The notes: a model not told the origin generated them from the letters alone. A stretch of 64,000 bases of DNA from Candidatus Syntropharchaeum butanivorans (GCA_001766825.1 LYOR01000002.1:61810-125809); one strand, 5' to 3'; counted from the stretch's first letter, positions 1-9,885 are shown. Numbers and translations are program-made.

Positions 1-76
1 ATTATTCACTGAATGAAGTGCATGCGAAGGTCAAACGTCTTGGTGACAAACTTGCAGAGGTAGATTCACTGTCCAG

Positions 77-217
77 ATCAGGAATGGAAAAAAACAGGGG
101 TGATGGATGGGAAAGGGAGCTGGTCTCAGTGGCATTTATTATTCATGAGAGGTTATTATTCATGAGAGGGTCTGATTTAGGTTTTGACCTGGGGGAAGGG
201 GTAAAATCAAAATACTC
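77..217. repeat. Dispersed MITE-like repeat, copy A (right part; contains a 17-bp tandem duplication at 136-169)
   Basis: Shares AAAAAACAGGGGT..GTCTCAGTGGCA..TTTTGACC..GGGGTAAA..TCAAA with 54260-54635 and 62643-62850. Confidence 0.75.
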
Positions 218-241
218 AACAGATTTGATTGAGGAGGTCAT

Positions 242-376
242 CTATCTCTTCTCAAAGCACTCCTCATGGTAGAATGTGCCCCTACCATCCTTTACGTATT
301 TGATGTAGCATGCATCATGCTCAAAGATCTTGACACTCTTACCACATACCGGGCATTTAACACTCTTTCTTGCCAT
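242..376 (-). CDS. 44-aa CPxCG-type zinc-finger microprotein (MARKSVKCPVCGK...YHEECFEKR), not in ORF track
   Basis: Manually translated; ATG at 376, TAG at 242-244; CxxC plus HxxC; purine-rich upstream sequence; 30 nt after the fwdC stop on the same strand. Confidence 0.65.
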   Translation of the reverse strand: MARKSVKCPVCGKSVKIFEHDACYIKYVKDGRGTFYHEECFEKR

Positions 377-405
377 GCCCATCCCTTTATAATAAATAAA
401 AGGGG

Positions 406-1176
406 TTATCCGAGAAGAAGAACCCCTTTACCAACCCCTCTTACAGCAAGATCGCCGGTGTGCTTCCTGAAGCGCTTACCCTCAATCTCCTCCTCGCCCT
501 CGAACCTGAACCCTGGAAGCATATCGTAGACCTCTCCCTTAACGATGATCTCACCCTTTGTCATCTCACCCCCCGGCATCGTGGCAGATCCCTCGATGAT
601 GATCCTCCCTCCTGTCATCGAGAGGCCTGGAAGGATGCCGACGTTACCCTTCACAAGGATCTCACCACCTGCCATGTGCTCTCCGATATAATCCCCTGCA
701 TCTCCCTCAACCGTGATCTTACCGCCCCGCATACCGGTCATCTCCCCCCGGTACCCGGCACCAAGATAGTTACCAGCATTACCCTCTATCACGAGTTCGC
801 CACCTCTCATCTCACGCCCTGCCCATGCATCTGCATCCCCTTTCACCGTGATCTTACCGCCCCGCATCAACGCTCCACAGTGCATATCACAGCTTCCCTC
901 AATCACGATTGACCCTGCAGTCATACCTTCACCGATCCGCTTAACCCTTGTAAGATCTCCTTTCATGATAATCTCGGTTGATGCTGGATCTCCTGAGCCT
1001 TCAACGCTCACATCAAAGAAGTCCCCGAGCTTCATCTCTCTGTTACCATGATAAACTGTAAGCGACTTTATCTCCTCCTCTGATTTACCCGCAAGGCCAT
1101 CCGGGGTTATAACCTCTGCCTCGAGCGGAACGGTGATCGAGGATCGCATCGTCAGTGTGATCTTTGCCATATCCAC
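406..1176 (-). CDS. fwdC: Formylmethanofuran dehydrogenase subunit C
   Basis: VPLEAEVITPD N-terminus, GxxMxGG beta-helix repeats, operon context. Confidence 0.95.
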   Translation of the reverse strand: MDMAKITLTMRSSITVPLEAEVITPDGLAGKSEEEIKSLTVYHGNREMKLGDFFDVSVEGSGDPASTEIIMKGDLTRVKRIGEGMTAGSIVIEGSCDMHCGALMRGGKITVKGDADAWAGREMRGGELVIEGNAGNYLGAGYRGEMTGMRGGKITVEGDAGDYIGEHMAGGEILVKGNVGILPGLSMTGGRIIIEGSATMPGGEMTKGEIIVKGEVYDMLPGFRFEGEEEIEGKRFRKHTGDLAVRGVGKGVLLLG

Positions 1177-2871
1177 TCACCCCGCCCTGATCTCAAGAGG
1201 ATGTGAAAGATACTCATCCTGCACCGGGTAGTTTGCCATGCTCACCGTGTAATAGGCGTCAAATTTCGCCTCAAGATCCTTGAGCATCTCCTCTCGCATG
1301 GCATGCGCCCTCTCACCGACCGGATTGACCCAGTAAGTCCTGCCAGGAGGTGTTGCTACAATCTCTCCATCCTTAACGACTACCTCCCCGCCCTTTACCG
1401 TATAGAATGTTCGCATCAGCTTCTCCTCGATCTCTCTGTAACCCTTGGCTGGATCAAAGCTCTCAGGCATTATATCATAGATTGCAACATCGGCATCTGC
1501 ACCGACCCTGAGTGTTCCTTTGCTCTCAGAAAGCCCGAGAATCTTTGCAGGGGCAGAGCGGGTCATCGTTATGATCTCACCCCACGTAAGCTCCCGATCG
1601 ATCGTTGCAATGAGTGCGCGCCTGCCAACAGCATCACTCACCCCTTTAAGCATCTCCTCCCGCTTTGGCTTGCTCATAAGAAGTGCGATGATCTCAGGAT
1701 AGAACGTGAAAGGACAGCCGTTCGGATGATCTGTCGTGAGTACAACCTTCCATGGATCCTCTATGAGGAGAGCAAGCTCAATCCCGACGGCCCACTGGAT
1801 CGCATTGACGGGTACTTTCGGCGAATATGCAACCGGAATGATGCCAGATCCTGTCTCAAGCTCGACATCATGGTTGCTCCATTTGCGCCTTGATAGTGTG
1901 TGGAGGCTATACTCCATCGGGCCATCTGCTGTCATCGTCGTGGTGTCGCAGAACATGACAGCACCGAGATCGATCGTGATATGGTCGTTCTTATTCACGT
2001 AGTCCGCGATTGCATCGGCCTTCGACTCAAAGTCCTTCCAGCTTGACCCTCCATATGCATGGAACTGGGTGTGGGTTGCATGCATCACCTGACGATCGGA
2101 GCTTGCGGTTATATCCTTCACAGCCTCATAGGTCTCAAGTGTTGTCTCAAAGTTACCGGGATGCCCAAGATCGTTACAATGGATATGTATTGAGTGTGGA
2201 AGCTTGAGTTCCTCGTTAACCTTTGCAAGCGCCCTTATGATCTCCTTTGGTGTGACGTCAAAGTGGGGGACCGGATCGTTGATTGAGCAGTTCTTACCCC
2301 AGCCCCATGCCTCAACACCACCCGGGTTTACGATCTTTATCCCGTATGCCTTTGTCGCACCAAACATCCAGCTCACATAGGCTGCAAGCCGGTCAAGATC
2401 GCCTGCTTTAACGTATTCCATCGTCATCCAGTTGTTGTCAAGAAGCACGAGCGCTCCTTTGTCTGTTATCGGCATATCCTCAAACTCCTCGTGGGTATGA
2501 CGTGCAAGAAGCGGGGGCATCGCCGCCTCGAAGGTCGTTGTGTATCCCATCCTTGCGTATGTGTAGCCTGTTGAGAAGGTGTTAAGGATGCTGAACCCAC
2601 TGCAGGCCCTTGTGAGTCTGCCCCTGGGTGCTCTACCCTTTCTTCCATCCTCAGGCCTCATTATCCGCCCTGCATTTACCTTGCCACCCGCAATATGTGA
2701 GTGAAGCTCAACACCACCCGGTACAACCAGTCTCCCTTCTGCATCGATCACCCTTTCTGGAGATGAGACATCCTCGACGATCTTATCCCCATCTATCGAG
2801 ATATCCATCTTCTCTCCGTAGATTCCCTGAGCTGGGTCGTAAACAACCCCATTCTTTATGAGAATCCCCAT
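1177..2871 (-). CDS. fwdA: Formylmethanofuran dehydrogenase subunit A
   Basis: Amidohydrolase HSHIAGGKVN, HIHCNDLG, TTDHPNG motifs. Confidence 0.97.
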   Translation of the reverse strand: MGILIKNGVVYDPAQGIYGEKMDISIDGDKIVEDVSSPERVIDAEGRLVVPGGVELHSHIAGGKVNAGRIMRPEDGRKGRAPRGRLTRACSGFSILNTFSTGYTYARMGYTTTFEAAMPPLLARHTHEEFEDMPITDKGALVLLDNNWMTMEYVKAGDLDRLAAYVSWMFGATKAYGIKIVNPGGVEAWGWGKNCSINDPVPHFDVTPKEIIRALAKVNEELKLPHSIHIHCNDLGHPGNFETTLETYEAVKDITASSDRQVMHATHTQFHAYGGSSWKDFESKADAIADYVNKNDHITIDLGAVMFCDTTTMTADGPMEYSLHTLSRRKWSNHDVELETGSGIIPVAYSPKVPVNAIQWAVGIELALLIEDPWKVVLTTDHPNGCPFTFYPEIIALLMSKPKREEMLKGVSDAVGRRALIATIDRELTWGEIITMTRSAPAKILGLSESKGTLRVGADADVAIYDIMPESFDPAKGYREIEEKLMRTFYTVKGGEVVVKDGEIVATPPGRTYWVNPVGERAHAMREEMLKDLEAKFDAYYTVSMANYPVQDEYLSHPLEIRAG

Positions 2872-2876
2872 CTTAC

Positions 2877-4178
2877 CTACCTCCTAAGCTCTCTCACCCT
2901 CGTAAGTATCCTCTCAAGGATCTCCTCGTCTGAGAGATAATCTGTATCAACGATCTTTCTCGTTCTTATCGGAACACCATCCATACGATACGCTGTTCCT
3001 GCAACCTCAACCCCGGATATCGCAGATGGAATCACGACATCAGCAAGCTCAGTCGTGGGGTTGGGATAGGGATCTATCTGAATGAGTGGGATTTTTGCCA
3101 TATGTCTCAGAGATTCTCCCGGGAAGTGTGCCCCTGGATCTGCAGCGATCGCCATCATCGCATCAACCTCACCCCTCAGAAGCACGTCGTTTGCCGCGGT
3201 CTCACCTGGATTGTACCATGCATACCCCCTTGAGAAGTCAACCGCAAAGGGGTATCCTGTGAGCCATGCAAATGTGTGCCCGGAACCCGTGACGTTATAG
3301 TGACCCCTCATCGGCATCAACGTGAACTTCGTATGCGCGTTGAGCTCATCAACAAGGGAGATCACGTTCTCGAGGTTCTTGTACCTGCCCCTTGAATGAG
3401 TGAGCCCCATACCACCAAAGATGATCCCGAACTCACACGACTTCATCGCATCGACCATCTCGATGAGCTTTGACTTCTCAACACCCCCCACCGTGTCAGG
3501 GACCACATCCTCATGCCCTGCAAGGATCGTCCTCAGGGCTGAGAATACCATATAGTCATACCCCGGCTCAACCCTGATAAACTCATCAGCGACCTTCGCC
3601 GTCTTTGTCTCCCTTACATCCACGACGTAGACCTTTCTATCCTTCTTTCCACCAGGTCTAAAGAACCCCTTAGCAGCATGAGAGTACCTTGCCCTGTGTC
3701 TGGGGTGGGCCTCTGCAGGGTTACACCCCCAGAAAACAACAAGATCTGCCCGGTTCTTAACCTCACCGAGTGTGCACCCCGGCGACCCTTTTCCCTGAAC
3801 ACCGATGACCGTGGGGCCATGACATACAGATGCGGTGTTATCGATCAGAGCACCGATCTCCTCTGCAAGCTCAACCCCTTTCCGCTGTGCCTCACATATG
3901 AGTGATGACCACCCGTAGAGAAGTGGTCGCTTTGCATCACTGAGTATCTCAGCACTGCGCTCAATCGCCACATCGTAGCTCACCTCCCTGAGCTCCCCAC
4001 CCTCACGGACCATAGGGGCCCTTATTCTTCCATGCCCCATTATCTTGCTCTTGCCCAGAGGGCATGCCTTCTTCACATTTGTGATCCTGCCAGCTTCCAC
4101 AATGACCTCGATATCATCACACAGAGATCCACAGAGCGGACATATCACATCGGTAACGGTCTCTGTTGCCATTATCAA
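2877..4178 (-). CDS. fwdB: Formylmethanofuran dehydrogenase subunit B (Mo/W-pterin, Cys ligand)
   Basis: CPLCGSLCDD Fe-S motif, SVCHGPT, MRGHYNV. Confidence 0.97.
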   Translation of the reverse strand: MIMATETVTDVICPLCGSLCDDIEVIVEAGRITNVKKACPLGKSKIMGHGRIRAPMVREGGELREVSYDVAIERSAEILSDAKRPLLYGWSSLICEAQRKGVELAEEIGALIDNTASVCHGPTVIGVQGKGSPGCTLGEVKNRADLVVFWGCNPAEAHPRHRARYSHAAKGFFRPGGKKDRKVYVVDVRETKTAKVADEFIRVEPGYDYMVFSALRTILAGHEDVVPDTVGGVEKSKLIEMVDAMKSCEFGIIFGGMGLTHSRGRYKNLENVISLVDELNAHTKFTLMPMRGHYNVTGSGHTFAWLTGYPFAVDFSRGYAWYNPGETAANDVLLRGEVDAMMAIAADPGAHFPGESLRHMAKIPLIQIDPYPNPTTELADVVIPSAISGVEVAGTAYRMDGVPIRTRKIVDTDYLSDEEILERILTRVRELRR

Positions 4179-4555
4179 GCCTCCTTATATGATGCGATGA
4201 GTTCTTTGAGGGGCAAGACCGGTGCATCTGTCCTCTCAACCGTTGCCTCAACACCCTTAAATCCTGGTGTGCCCACACCTCCGGTATCGGTATCAACTAC
4301 AGCATTGGCCCACGGACCCATCGGGATAAAGACAAGCCCATCAGGCAGCCCATCATCCTTTGCCGCCCTCACCACCACATCTCCAAACTCAGTCTTGACC
4401 CTGACCGTATCACCCTCTGTGGCACCGATCTCGCTTAACAGGCTCTCATTCATCTCACACCGTGCCACGGCATCGAGATACTCATCGGACATCTTGTTCT
4501 CAAGGTTCTTACCCTGATCAATCGTCCTTCCGGTTATCAGGATTACCTTTCTCAC
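4175..4555 (-). CDS. fwdD: Formylmethanofuran dehydrogenase subunit D
   Basis: LITGRTIDQG, FIPMGPWAN, GTPGFKG. Confidence 0.95.
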   Translation of the reverse strand: MRKVILITGRTIDQGKNLENKMSDEYLDAVARCEMNESLLSEIGATEGDTVRVKTEFGDVVVRAAKDDGLPDGLVFIPMGPWANAVVDTDTGGVGTPGFKGVEATVERTDAPVLPLKELIASYKEA

Positions 4556-4656
4556 ACCAATCCCTCACATCCCTGAAGACGGATCATTACATTCAATCCA
4601 CACTGTGGGTTATTAAAGGTATCCGTTTATTCAAATAAATGGTTGGTTGGTTCAGC

Positions 4657-5328
4657 ATGCGGGCAAGATTTGAGAGGCGGTTTGGACCTGTACTTGAGGC
4701 TGCAAGAGAGGGGGAGCGCCGGTGTCTCAGGTGCGAGAGGTGGGGTGGAGACCCGGTTCTGATGGTCGTTGATGCGGCACTTGACTCTATCGGGCTCAGC
4801 TACTTCAATATCGTTGTCCCCAGGGTCAGGCGGTTCTATGAGGTGTATGTGAGGGATGGAAGGATCAGATCCTTTGAGGATCTTGCAGGATACAGGCCTG
4901 ATGATAGAGGACTTCTTGAGATACTCAACAACCGGCGTGCATGGGGCACGGCGATTCAGGTTGCAGATACACTCGAGAGGATGCGGAGAGAAAGGGGGCT
5001 TCGATCTGATCTTGATGCACTCTGTAACTGGGCACATAACACGAGCTACCTTGAGTGGAGAAACGACCCTGTAGGGCAGATTAAAGGAGTCGGGCTCATC
5101 ACATTCCAGTACCTCAGGATGCAGGCCGGTGTTGATACCTCGATGCCTGATAAGATCATAAAGCGGGTCGTTGAGCGTGAGTTTGGAGTAAGGGCACCGG
5201 ATGACCTCTCCTTTATCAGGGAGATGGAAGAGCTATCGCGTAGAATCGGATATTCGCAGATCCTGATATGCTGGGCGATATGGCTCAGAGAGTCTGATAT
5301 GGGGAGAGGAGAGTGGGAGATTGTTTAG
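4657..5328 (+). CDS. Helix-hairpin-helix (HhH-GPD-like) protein, possible DNA glycosylase-fold protein
   Basis: QIKGVGLITFQYLRMQAGVDTSMPD resembles the HhH motif plus conserved Asp. Confidence 0.55.
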   Translation: MRARFERRFGPVLEAAREGERRCLRCERWGGDPVLMVVDAALDSIGLSYFNIVVPRVRRFYEVYVRDGRIRSFEDLAGYRPDDRGLLEILNNRRAWGTAIQVADTLERMRRERGLRSDLDALCNWAHNTSYLEWRNDPVGQIKGVGLITFQYLRMQAGVDTSMPDKIIKRVVEREFGVRAPDDLSFIREMEELSRRIGYSQILICWAIWLRESDMGRGEWEIV

Positions 5329-5334
5329 TTTGTA

Positions 5335-5928
5335 TTATGATGGGAGAAAAACACTTTTAATGCCAATTATGATCATTTCGGTCCCGATTGCAGCAAGAAT
5401 TATCCCCATGATCTTTGTGATGTAGACCGATCCTTCCTTCTTTATTATCTCATAGAAGAGATCTGCGTTCACAAGGATTGCCCCCACCCCGAGCATTGCT
5501 ATTAAAATCGCGGCGATAACATGCACCCGCTCAACGAGCGTGGCTGCAGCACTCATGAAGATCATCACCGATGTGATCGTCCCGGGACCTGATAAAAGTG
5601 GTATCGCCATCGGGACAACCGCTATCCCCTCCCATTCCTCGGGTTCAACCTCCGGCCTCGGGATCCCGAGAAGCATCTGTAGCGCGATAATAAGAAGGAG
5701 GATTCCACCTGCAATCCTGAAGGATGAGATCGAGATCCCAAGAAGATCCAGTATCCCCTCCCCGATCAGTCCAAAGACGATCAGTGTTATCGTGGCAACA
5801 AAAACCGCCTTGATTATGATTTTTCTCCTTGTTGCCCTGTCCAACCCCTCTGTGAGCGCGAGAAAAATTGGAAGATTGCCAAACGGGTCGGCAATCACAA
5901 ATACTGCAACGAGTGCGTGGAAAAACAT
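5335..5928 (-). CDS. MarC family membrane protein
   Basis: DPFGNLPIF, FRIAGGILL, VPMAIPLLSGPG. Confidence 0.92.
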   Translation of the reverse strand: MFFHALVAVFVIADPFGNLPIFLALTEGLDRATRRKIIIKAVFVATITLIVFGLIGEGILDLLGISISSFRIAGGILLLIIALQMLLGIPRPEVEPEEWEGIAVVPMAIPLLSGPGTITSVMIFMSAAATLVERVHVIAAILIAMLGVGAILVNADLFYEIIKKEGSVYITKIMGIILAAIGTEMIIIGIKSVFLPS

Positions 5929-5932
5929 TAGA

Positions 5933-6157
5933 TTAGCAGATCAGGCTCAACGCACCGGGTTTACAGTGCTCAATGCAGATCCCACAACCTGTGCACAGGA
6001 CCTGATAGGTTGGCGCAAGATACCACTCATCGCATATCTCTCCTCGCCTGCGATTCTCCGGATATGATCTGAAGACCGCCTGCGGGCATCTTCTAAGGCA
6101 TTCACCACACCTCAGAGCGCCGATGCACTTCTCCTTATCAAAGCGTATCTCAACCAT
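5933..6157 (-). CDS. 2[4Fe-4S] ferredoxin
   Basis: CIGALRCGECLRRCP and CTGCGICIEHC; start at MVEIRF. Confidence 0.85.
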   Translation of the reverse strand: MVEIRFDKEKCIGALRCGECLRRCPQAVFRSYPENRRRGEICDEWYLAPTYQVLCTGCGICIEHCKPGALSLIC

Positions 6158-6158
6158 C

Positions 6159-7013
6159 TCACTCCCACCTCCCACTGCCCGGGACTTTAATCGGTTCAAA
6201 CCACTCATCTTTAAGCTCCGGGATACTCTGTCTCTCACGCATACTTATCGCACCTCTATCACAGACCGCCCGGCATACCCCGCATCCATAGCACTTCCAC
6301 ATATCAATGTACGCCTTTCCAATTACAGGATCAAACTTTATCGCCCCAAACTGACACCTTGAGACACACTCCCCGCACCCATCACACTTAGCTGTGTCTA
6401 TCACCCCGACATACTCTCCCTTGTGGAGCATGTACCCGAAGTCAAGTGCCTGTCTGAGCGCCAGGCATACGGGGGTTGCACACTGGCAGACAGCAGCGAT
6501 GTAAGGGGTCTTGAATGTCCATACGGTATGAACAAGCCCCTCCCTGTCCCTCCTCACAACCTCATCGATTGCCTCATCCACGGTGAGTGGCTCAACCCCT
6601 GTGGGTGTAAAGTCTGGCCAATCCCGGATATAGTCAAGAAGCATCCCGAAGAGGAGGCAGTACTTCTCTCCCCCGGTCTCAGCACGAAGCACGCGCCTGC
6701 AGAGGCACTCAACCTTCGCAATGGGGGATGCGATCTTCATGATCTCCTTCGTCTCCTCGATCGTCACAGGCTGTCCCTGATGCCAGTAGATATACCACTC
6801 ACGAAGCTCTCTGCTTCGATCCATCCATGACTCACTCTTGAAGGGGGTGAGTGCCTCAAGAATCCTGTATGCACCATCCTTCTCAACCGTTGCTGCAAAG
6901 TTTCTGACAAACTCCTCCCGTTCCTTATCGTTCTTCACCATCTCATCGACGTAGTTCTTCGTGTTCAGATACCACCGCTTACCTGCCCCATGCTCAGCGC
7001 AAAACTTACACAT
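6159..7013 (-). CDS. Fe-S protein with Cys-rich core and C-terminal 2[4Fe-4S] domain
   Basis: MCKFC, CLCRR, CQCATPVC, CDGCGECVSRC, CYGCGVCRAVC. Confidence 0.85.
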   Translation of the reverse strand: MCKFCAEHGAGKRWYLNTKNYVDEMVKNDKEREEFVRNFAATVEKDGAYRILEALTPFKSESWMDRSRELREWYIYWHQGQPVTIEETKEIMKIASPIAKVECLCRRVLRAETGGEKYCLLFGMLLDYIRDWPDFTPTGVEPLTVDEAIDEVVRRDREGLVHTVWTFKTPYIAAVCQCATPVCLALRQALDFGYMLHKGEYVGVIDTAKCDGCGECVSRCQFGAIKFDPVIGKAYIDMWKCYGCGVCRAVCDRGAISMRERQSIPELKDEWFEPIKVPGSGRWE

Positions 7014-7055
7014 AAAAGCCACCTTCAAAAAAGAGATGGAGGCCCGAGAATGGAC

Positions 7056-8129
7056 CTACTTCATCCTTCCATATTTCTCCGTCGCCTTTATCATCGCCTC
7101 GATGTTTGCCCCGGGTGTCTTCACGAAGAAGTCACATCCGGGTGATACGACGTCGATCTTCGCCTCCTCAATTATCCTCTTCACCCATGCATCGATCTTA
7201 TCCTCACTGCCTTTACGCTTCAGGAGTGTCATCGTTGGGAGGTTTCCGGCAAGAGCAACCCCGGTCCCTGCAGCATCAAAGTCTGCTCTCGCCTTCACAG
7301 CATCGGTCTTCTCATCGATCACGACCATCTTCGCCCCGACCTCTGCGCAGTCCTTCATGATTGGACCTGCGGTTCCAGACATTGTGAGAATCTCTGCCGG
7401 TGATTTCTCGAAGATCTCGGTGATGAAGCCCTTGAAGAGATTTACAAAGTCGTTCGGTGAGACATTGTCACAGCACACCCCATCCTCCCTGAAGGTAACG
7501 TAGTCTGCCCCTGCCTCCTTATAGATCTTGGCAAGCTCAATTGGCAGATTGATCACGGCCTGATAGAACTCCTTCACCTTATCAGGGTCTGTTCTCACCA
7601 TCATCATGAACTGGACCGTATCCATGACATACCCGATCAGCGTCGTGAATGGCCCCATCGTATAGGCGAATATCGGAACCTCACCATAGTACTTCTCATG
7701 CAGAATCTCAAGGGCTTTGGTGATTACAGGAATCCTGCCTGCATTTGCAAGATCCTCCGGAATCTTGAGATCTTCCGGCTCCTTGATCTCAATACCATCC
7801 TTTGTGAAGCCAGGCCTCAGAACGCCGGGCCAGAGGATCTTCCCCTTTTTTATCTGTTTATCCCTGAAATCAACAGCCATCCCAAGTATCTCTGCCTCAA
7901 CAACCGCATCAAACGGGACAACCACACTCTCAAGCCCGTACTTCTCATGAGCCGCAGCACCGAGCCTTGCCATCTTCTCTGGTTCGCGATGAGCCTCTGG
8001 CCACATCGCATCGAACTCAGTCATCAGCTCCTCTGTGTATGTTCCAACCCCCGGGCAGGCACAGGGTATCTTATCGATCTCCCCCTTCTTGCCCTCCAGA
8101 ATCAGCCTCATCCTCTCGTATGAGTTCAT
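7056..8129 (-). CDS. MtaA/CmuA (URO-D superfamily) methyltransferase-like protein
   Basis: VPFDAVVEAEILG, GRIPVITKAL, GPFT, LAGNL, SPGC; lacks the HxC Zn motif. Confidence 0.85.
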   Translation of the reverse strand: MNSYERMRLILEGKKGEIDKIPCACPGVGTYTEELMTEFDAMWPEAHREPEKMARLGAAAHEKYGLESVVVPFDAVVEAEILGMAVDFRDKQIKKGKILWPGVLRPGFTKDGIEIKEPEDLKIPEDLANAGRIPVITKALEILHEKYYGEVPIFAYTMGPFTTLIGYVMDTVQFMMMVRTDPDKVKEFYQAVINLPIELAKIYKEAGADYVTFREDGVCCDNVSPNDFVNLFKGFITEIFEKSPAEILTMSGTAGPIMKDCAEVGAKMVVIDEKTDAVKARADFDAAGTGVALAGNLPTMTLLKRKGSEDKIDAWVKRIIEEAKIDVVSPGCDFFVKTPGANIEAMIKATEKYGRMK

Positions 8130-8346
8130 CTTATCACACCTTCATCCATTCTCGTCAGATTACTTGGTGATAATCTCCACTGTTGTTTATAAGGATTTGG
8201 GTTTTTTTTATCCATCCATCTCAGGGTACTGGTTCTCTCCTTTTCTCACCCCGGATATGCGACCGGAGCGACCGGACCTGAGTTTACTCCGGCAAAGGAT
8301 ATATAGCATGGAGAAGAAAGAGAAAGGATAGGGAGGTGGGTACGTT

Positions 8347-8520
8347 TTGATACCAGATCCTAAGAAGATCAGGAAGGAGGCGCTGAAGGATATAATCCCT
8401 GTGAAGGATCAGCTTACACAGATCTTTGAGGGAGAGAGGGAGATTGAGGATCTGCTGAAGGAGGCTGTTTACAAGGCTGGGAGGGATAAGAGGATAAAGA
8501 AGGAGGATAGGGTTCGTTGA
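8347..8520 (+). CDS. 57-aa charged helical protein (MIPDPKKIRKEALKDII...), not in ORF track
   Basis: TTG start after GGAGGTG RBS (8332-8338); ATATATA TATA-like box near 8299-8305; open to TGA 8518-8520. Confidence 0.5.
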   Translation: MIPDPKKIRKEALKDIIPVKDQLTQIFEGEREIEDLLKEAVYKAGRDKRIKKEDRVR

Positions 8521-9698
8521 TGCCTTGTGGCATCGAACACCTTAAGCTCATGCCCCCAGAATCTTTGTGGCGTTTTTATTCGTGACGTGGCAGCATTAAG
8601 CGCATCAGCAGGATCTGTGAAAAGTGCAGGTTTCCCTCTTAAGGCTTCTCTCACACCCTCACGGATCACCCAGGCACCAAGTGGTGCCCAGTACGATGGA
8701 TAGATCTCCCTGATTACAACAGCTGTTGCCTGCCGTCTTCTTGCCTCAAGCTGCTCTAAAACCCCGAGTCTTGCTGCATAGTACCCCCCACCAAGGGGGG
8801 AATACCCCCCTCTTCTACCTTTATACCACTCACGATCTGCCTCAATGGCGCCCCTCTCTGCCCAGACTGAGTGGGGCATCCAGATCTCCAGAAGCTCAAA
8901 GGCATAGATTGCAGGTATCAGGATGATCTCGAAGTGGTTCTCAAAGTACGTGTGTGAGTACAGCTCAACATCACTTATCTCTGGATAATCCCTGACTCTC
9001 TCAATGAGCCTCCTCCCAATGATATCATCAGTTGCTGTTATTGACCACCTCGTTGGAACGAGTCTCCTCTTCTCACCGAGAAGTCCCACCGAAAAAAGTC
9101 GCATGATCTGGTAAACGGAGATTCCTGCGCGATAGAGCTCATCCACAGCAAGAGCTGCCTTAAGATCTGTATCTGATGTGATGTACTCGACCTTCGGATC
9201 GACCCGGGGGTTGGCCGTTATTCTGACCTTCTCGATTGAACCCGCAGGTCCCATCGGCATGAGAATGCCATCAAACCTGAGATCAAGCCTGGGTGGCTTT
9301 GAGAACCAGACTTCGGTCTCAACAGGCTCCCGTGCGCGAGCAAGCTCCTGTGTGATCGAGATGATCCTGGAGCCTGGACGGGATCTTGCATCCTTCACAT
9401 TAACACCTGCCGATGAGCGCACAAGGGTTGATCTCACCCCTATCACATCCTCGATCGTGAGTCCGCCCCAGCAGGTGGGATCCTCGAGACGAGAGGCGTC
9501 CAGCTCTCCTGTTGCGGGCACAAGAGGCCCTGTTCTCACCACAGGATACCCCTTTCTTCCAACAAAGACTGAGGGGGGAGAGAGTCCAAATACTGAGTCT
9601 TTTATCGGGGGAATCCTCTCAAAAACCCTTAATCTCTCGAGAATAGGACAGCTAAGCCTTCCACAGAGGCCCTTTCCCTTGCATATCGTGCACCTCAT
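8469..9698 (-). CDS. nreA: Nre family DNA repair protein
   Basis: CxxCKGKGLCG..CP N-terminus, RRLVPTRWSITATDD, C-terminal PIP box QRTLSSFF. Confidence 0.92.
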   Translation of the reverse strand: MRCTICKGKGLCGRLSCPILERLRVFERIPPIKDSVFGLSPPSVFVGRKGYPVVRTGPLVPATGELDASRLEDPTCWGGLTIEDVIGVRSTLVRSSAGVNVKDARSRPGSRIISITQELARAREPVETEVWFSKPPRLDLRFDGILMPMGPAGSIEKVRITANPRVDPKVEYITSDTDLKAALAVDELYRAGISVYQIMRLFSVGLLGEKRRLVPTRWSITATDDIIGRRLIERVRDYPEISDVELYSHTYFENHFEIILIPAIYAFELLEIWMPHSVWAERGAIEADREWYKGRRGGYSPLGGGYYAARLGVLEQLEARRRQATAVVIREIYPSYWAPLGAWVIREGVREALRGKPALFTDPADALNAATSRIKTPQRFWGHELKVFDATRHQRTLSSFFILLSLPAL

Positions 9699-9885
9699 CC
9701 AAGCTCATGATATGTATGGAATCCCGTTGAATAAACTTTATCCACACCCCCTCGTGGTGTGAGCAAGATGGTCAAAAATCTACAGCAACCTCGCATGAGT
9801 TGATGCCATCCTCCAGCAGATTAACAAGATACAATCGAGAGGAACCTTTAAGTAGTTTGCAAGTTAACCGATAGACATTTAGAGG

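Noticed and set aside
18-272. 84-aa ORF at window start
   Set aside because: Runs through the non-coding MITE-like repeat; no protein motif
1303-1893. Long antisense ORFs (this one, 24602-25099, 41031-41528, 59131-59525 and similar)
   Set aside because: Shadows of well-supported genes on the opposite strand, with no recognisable motifs
8308-8520. In-frame TAG at 8329 between an ATG and a longer open frame (possible pyrrolysine readthrough)
   Set aside because: A strong RBS and TTG start lie just after the TAG and explain the ORF; no pyl genes in the window
9805-9835. AGATTAACAAG resembling the MITE left part
   Set aside because: Match too short, and flanking blocks are absent
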